Below are positions 61,562 to 64,000 of a stretch of 64,000 bases of DNA, piece after piece (the first letter of the stretch is position 1; every line of letters starts with the position of its first letter). The stretch comes from Adineta vaga (lineage: Eukaryota; Animalia; Rotifera), in contig CP075493.1 in assembly GCA_021613535.1 (NCBI GenBank), positions 1,612,001 through 1,676,000 on the forward strand, written 5' to 3'. The notes beneath the pieces are model-generated. The model did no database searches and was not told the origin of the DNA. It saw nothing but the letters and a program-made list of their open reading frames with translations. Made by a program: the position numbers and the translations under genes.

Positions 61562-62174
61562 ATTGAATTATCGATCAATGTCCGAATTATGTGTAATATG
61601 TATAAAATTAGGAAAATTGAAAATTGTTTTTTTCGTGAATAAATGATTAGAATGAAAGTTTCGAGAGTGATTTGAATCTAAAAATTTGGATCTCCGAGTC
61701 AAACATATGTTGACCGGAGAAAAATGGAACAGATGGTTTTTCAATTATAAATCAAAATAACCATATTATTATTTTTTAGTTTCGTTTTACAGATAATGTC
61801 ATACGAGTCATTTGGCACAAAATAATTTCATCTTTTGAGTGATTTCTGAATTCTATTAACATATAAAGGCTATTCAGCAAAACCCCTTTGGGACTGAAAT
61901 GTAGAACTATCGCATAGTCCATTTGTGGTGATAAGCTGTGACTCCGCTTTTAACAGAAAGGCGAAGACGAGTCAAAAATTTCACACCTTAAAACTGACTC
62001 TTTCTTCAAAAAATCGATATGAGTGTATTTCATATTAGTTTATCTAAACAATCATTTCTTTTTTTGATCTTCTCTATCACCATTTTATTCTTGTTCTTTG
62101 ATGTCATGAAATAGTTTCAACGATTCATTTTATCTGAAACATTTGATATAAACGAGTGTCTTTGAAACTATCTC

Positions 62175-62900
62175 AGTCATCAACATGGCTCGATCGTGTG
62201 CCGACTGAAATTATTTTTCTCATATTCGATTATTTATCAAATGATGATATTTTTCATTCATACTTCTTCGTCAGTGAACGAACAAACTATCTACTAGTAC
62301 AAAATGCACATTATTAGAAAGATGCAGCATTATCTTTGATCAAGAACAGTACTTTTCTTCCATCGATTTGTTCTCAAATCGGTCCATTAAAAATAAATAT
62401 TCAAGATCTTTCAATTCCATTTTTATGCGAGATTACCAAGAGATATTCAAAAACTCAATTGTTTCTTATCAGATTTTCCAGATAATTATCGGTCTAGTTA
62501 CAACACATGCAGATTATGTCTATACATTACCATTTTATTTTGAAAATGTTTATAAATTTCCAAAGAATTTCAATGATGTCAAATGTATTATTCAAAAATG
62601 TTTGGAAACGATTCCTTCACTATGATATAAAATGAAATCAATTGAATTACAATGTTCAGAAGAAATTTTTACATCAAGTTTTTTTTCACGAACTCAAAAT
62701 CAAAATGCTAAAATTAGTTTTGATCAAATTTGATAAACTTAGCTCAGAAAGACATTCGCAGGAGACAACACCTCAATCCTATACTCATTTCAATATTCTA
62801 ATTCCATGGAACCATCGATGAGCGCTCTTCCGTACTTAAATTTTGTAATGCTGAAGATAAAATCACAACATGTGTAGATGAGAGTTTTAGACCTGACGAT
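62175..62900 (+). pseudogene. Degenerate F-box-domain gene
   Basis: TWLDRVPTEIIFLIFDYLSNDDIFHSYF (F-box) is followed by a stop and has no in-frame ATG. A downstream fragment YVYTLPFYF lies in broken frames. Confidence 0.6.
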
Positions 62901-63106
62901 TTAATCAAATATTCAATCCATTAATCTTCATATGGATTGTTTGGCAAGTGAATTCGAATGGTACGCGAATATTATTCTTCATTTCTGATGACTATGAAAG
63001 CAAATATTTGATTACTATAGTCGATGAATCACTGCCAATAGAAACAGAAAGAAAAACAAAACATATTTACTGTTAACTATACATCCATTTTTTCAACATC
63101 ATCATC

Positions 63107-63370
63107 ATGTTTGATGATATACAAAACCTGATTTTATTAATTGTATTTGTGGTAATCGGTGTTATTATATTTATATGTTGTATTTATTGTTGTGCTTGTA
63201 AACCAGCATGTGCGAATGCCCGTCGACGAATCATTCGTGGACAAATAGCACGTGATGAAGAAGCTATTGAACGTGAACGTGAAACAAGTCGAAATGAAAT
63301 ACGTGAAACATTATCAGCGAATGAACAAACAAGAAATGAAATTCGAAATAAATATAACCTCAGAAAATGA
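63107..63370 (+). CDS. Small single-pass membrane protein resembling the PTTG1IP C-terminal half
   Basis: TM helix, juxtamembrane CC..CC.C cluster, charged helix, terminal RNEIRNKYNL (compare PTTG1IP HDEIRKKYGL). Confidence 0.6.
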   Translation: MFDDIQNLILLIVFVVIGVIIFICCIYCCACKPACANARRRIIRGQIARDEEAIERERETSRNEIRETLSANEQTRNEIRNKYNLRK

Positions 63371-63524
63371 TAAAACAAAACGAGTTTGTCTTTTGTTAAA
63401 TTTCTTTTTTTTTTCCTTGTGCAAAAAATAAACACAGATTTTATTGTGTAATTATTCTGATAATTATGTCTGAGATGATTATTACCTTCAAAACTAAAAG
63501 AAACGTAAACATTCAAAATGAAAG

Positions 63525-64000
63525 TTAATATGAAGGTTTAAAGAATAACATTGATCTTCTATTTCGAATAATTGTGTTAGGAGAGGCGATAGGTTGTGTT
63601 TGTTGTTGTTTGGGGAAACTAAGTGTAATTGTTGGTATTAATGTTTGAGGTATAGGTTGTTTCATTGGTAGTTTAATATCGTATTTTAATTCTTTGATAA
63701 ATGGTTTTATGATTGTTGTTTTCGCTCGTTTAATCATTAGTGAATTTGTTTGGTATGGTTTAGATCGTTGCGATACTTGAGGATAGATCTTTGGTTTTGA
63801 AAGACGATTGATTGTTTCTATTGTGAATGTGGTAATACCATTTCGAGTGGATCGTCGTGGAATAGGGGAATGTTGAATGAGAAGTTTCGGTTTAATTTTT
63901 ATTGGTACTTTAATTTTCGATTCATTCGTTGTTGTTGTTGTTGTAATTGAAGCTCGCTGGGGTTCTGATAAATCAGTAACTATTGAAGATGTTCTGGATG
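63525..64000 (-). CDS. 3' end of an uncharacterised basic S/T/P/K-rich protein (continues beyond window)
   Basis: The frame is open from 63998 to the TAA at 63525 (SRTSSIVTD...TINRLSKPKIY...FFKPSY*). Confidence 0.55.
   Translation of the reverse strand, partial: SRTSSIVTDLSEPQRASITTTTTTNESKIKVPIKIKPKLLIQHSPIPRRSTRNGITTFTIETINRLSKPKIYPQVSQRSKPYQTNSLMIKRAKTTIIKPFIKELKYDIKLPMKQPIPQTLIPTITLSFPKQQQTQPIASPNTIIRNRRSMLFFKPSY

Noticed and set aside
61692-61719. Short GC-rich hairpin CTCCGAGTCAAACATATGTTGACCGGAG as a Helitron 3' end or terminator
   Set aside because: No CTRR end at the expected distance and no second copy in the window.
1-64000. Hammerhead ribozymes, tRNA or rRNA genes
   Set aside because: The CTGATGA/CTGACGA matches I checked by eye lack flanking stems and a properly placed GAAA. 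No tRNA or rRNA-like segment was recognised. A covariance-model scan would be needed to exclude them.

Overview
AT-rich, gene-dense eukaryotic DNA with many 45-65 nt GT-AG introns. Intron size, expanded kelch and F-box families and bacterial-looking genes with introns point to a bdelloid rotifer (inference). Host genes in order: LRRCC1 (5' part); a multi-EF-hand gene with an antisense D-lactate dehydrogenase nested in one intron; a large cupredoxin-like/CHB_HEX_C/FN3 gene; a KDM4-type demethylase; Dbx; three secreted pro-proteins; a YrpD-like secreted protein; G6PD and a decayed partial copy; a kelch protein with an 8-nt microexon; two protocadherin copies in a mosaic direct duplication; an FkbM methyltransferase; an F-box pseudogene; and a PTTG1IP-like peptide. 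Mobile DNA: an intact-looking piggyBac, a full-length but nonsense-disrupted RTE LINE, a MITE, a foldback element and an old dispersed repeat. Top candidate for a new system: the KDM4 JmjN-JmjC core is spliced in frame to a domain resembling DIRS/Ngaro retrotransposon Gag with its zinc finger, in place of the usual PHD/Tudor readers. Second: a complete HDV-like ribozyme whose predicted cleavage site coincides with the 5' end of the RTE. All family assignments come from motif recognition by eye; no database searches were run.
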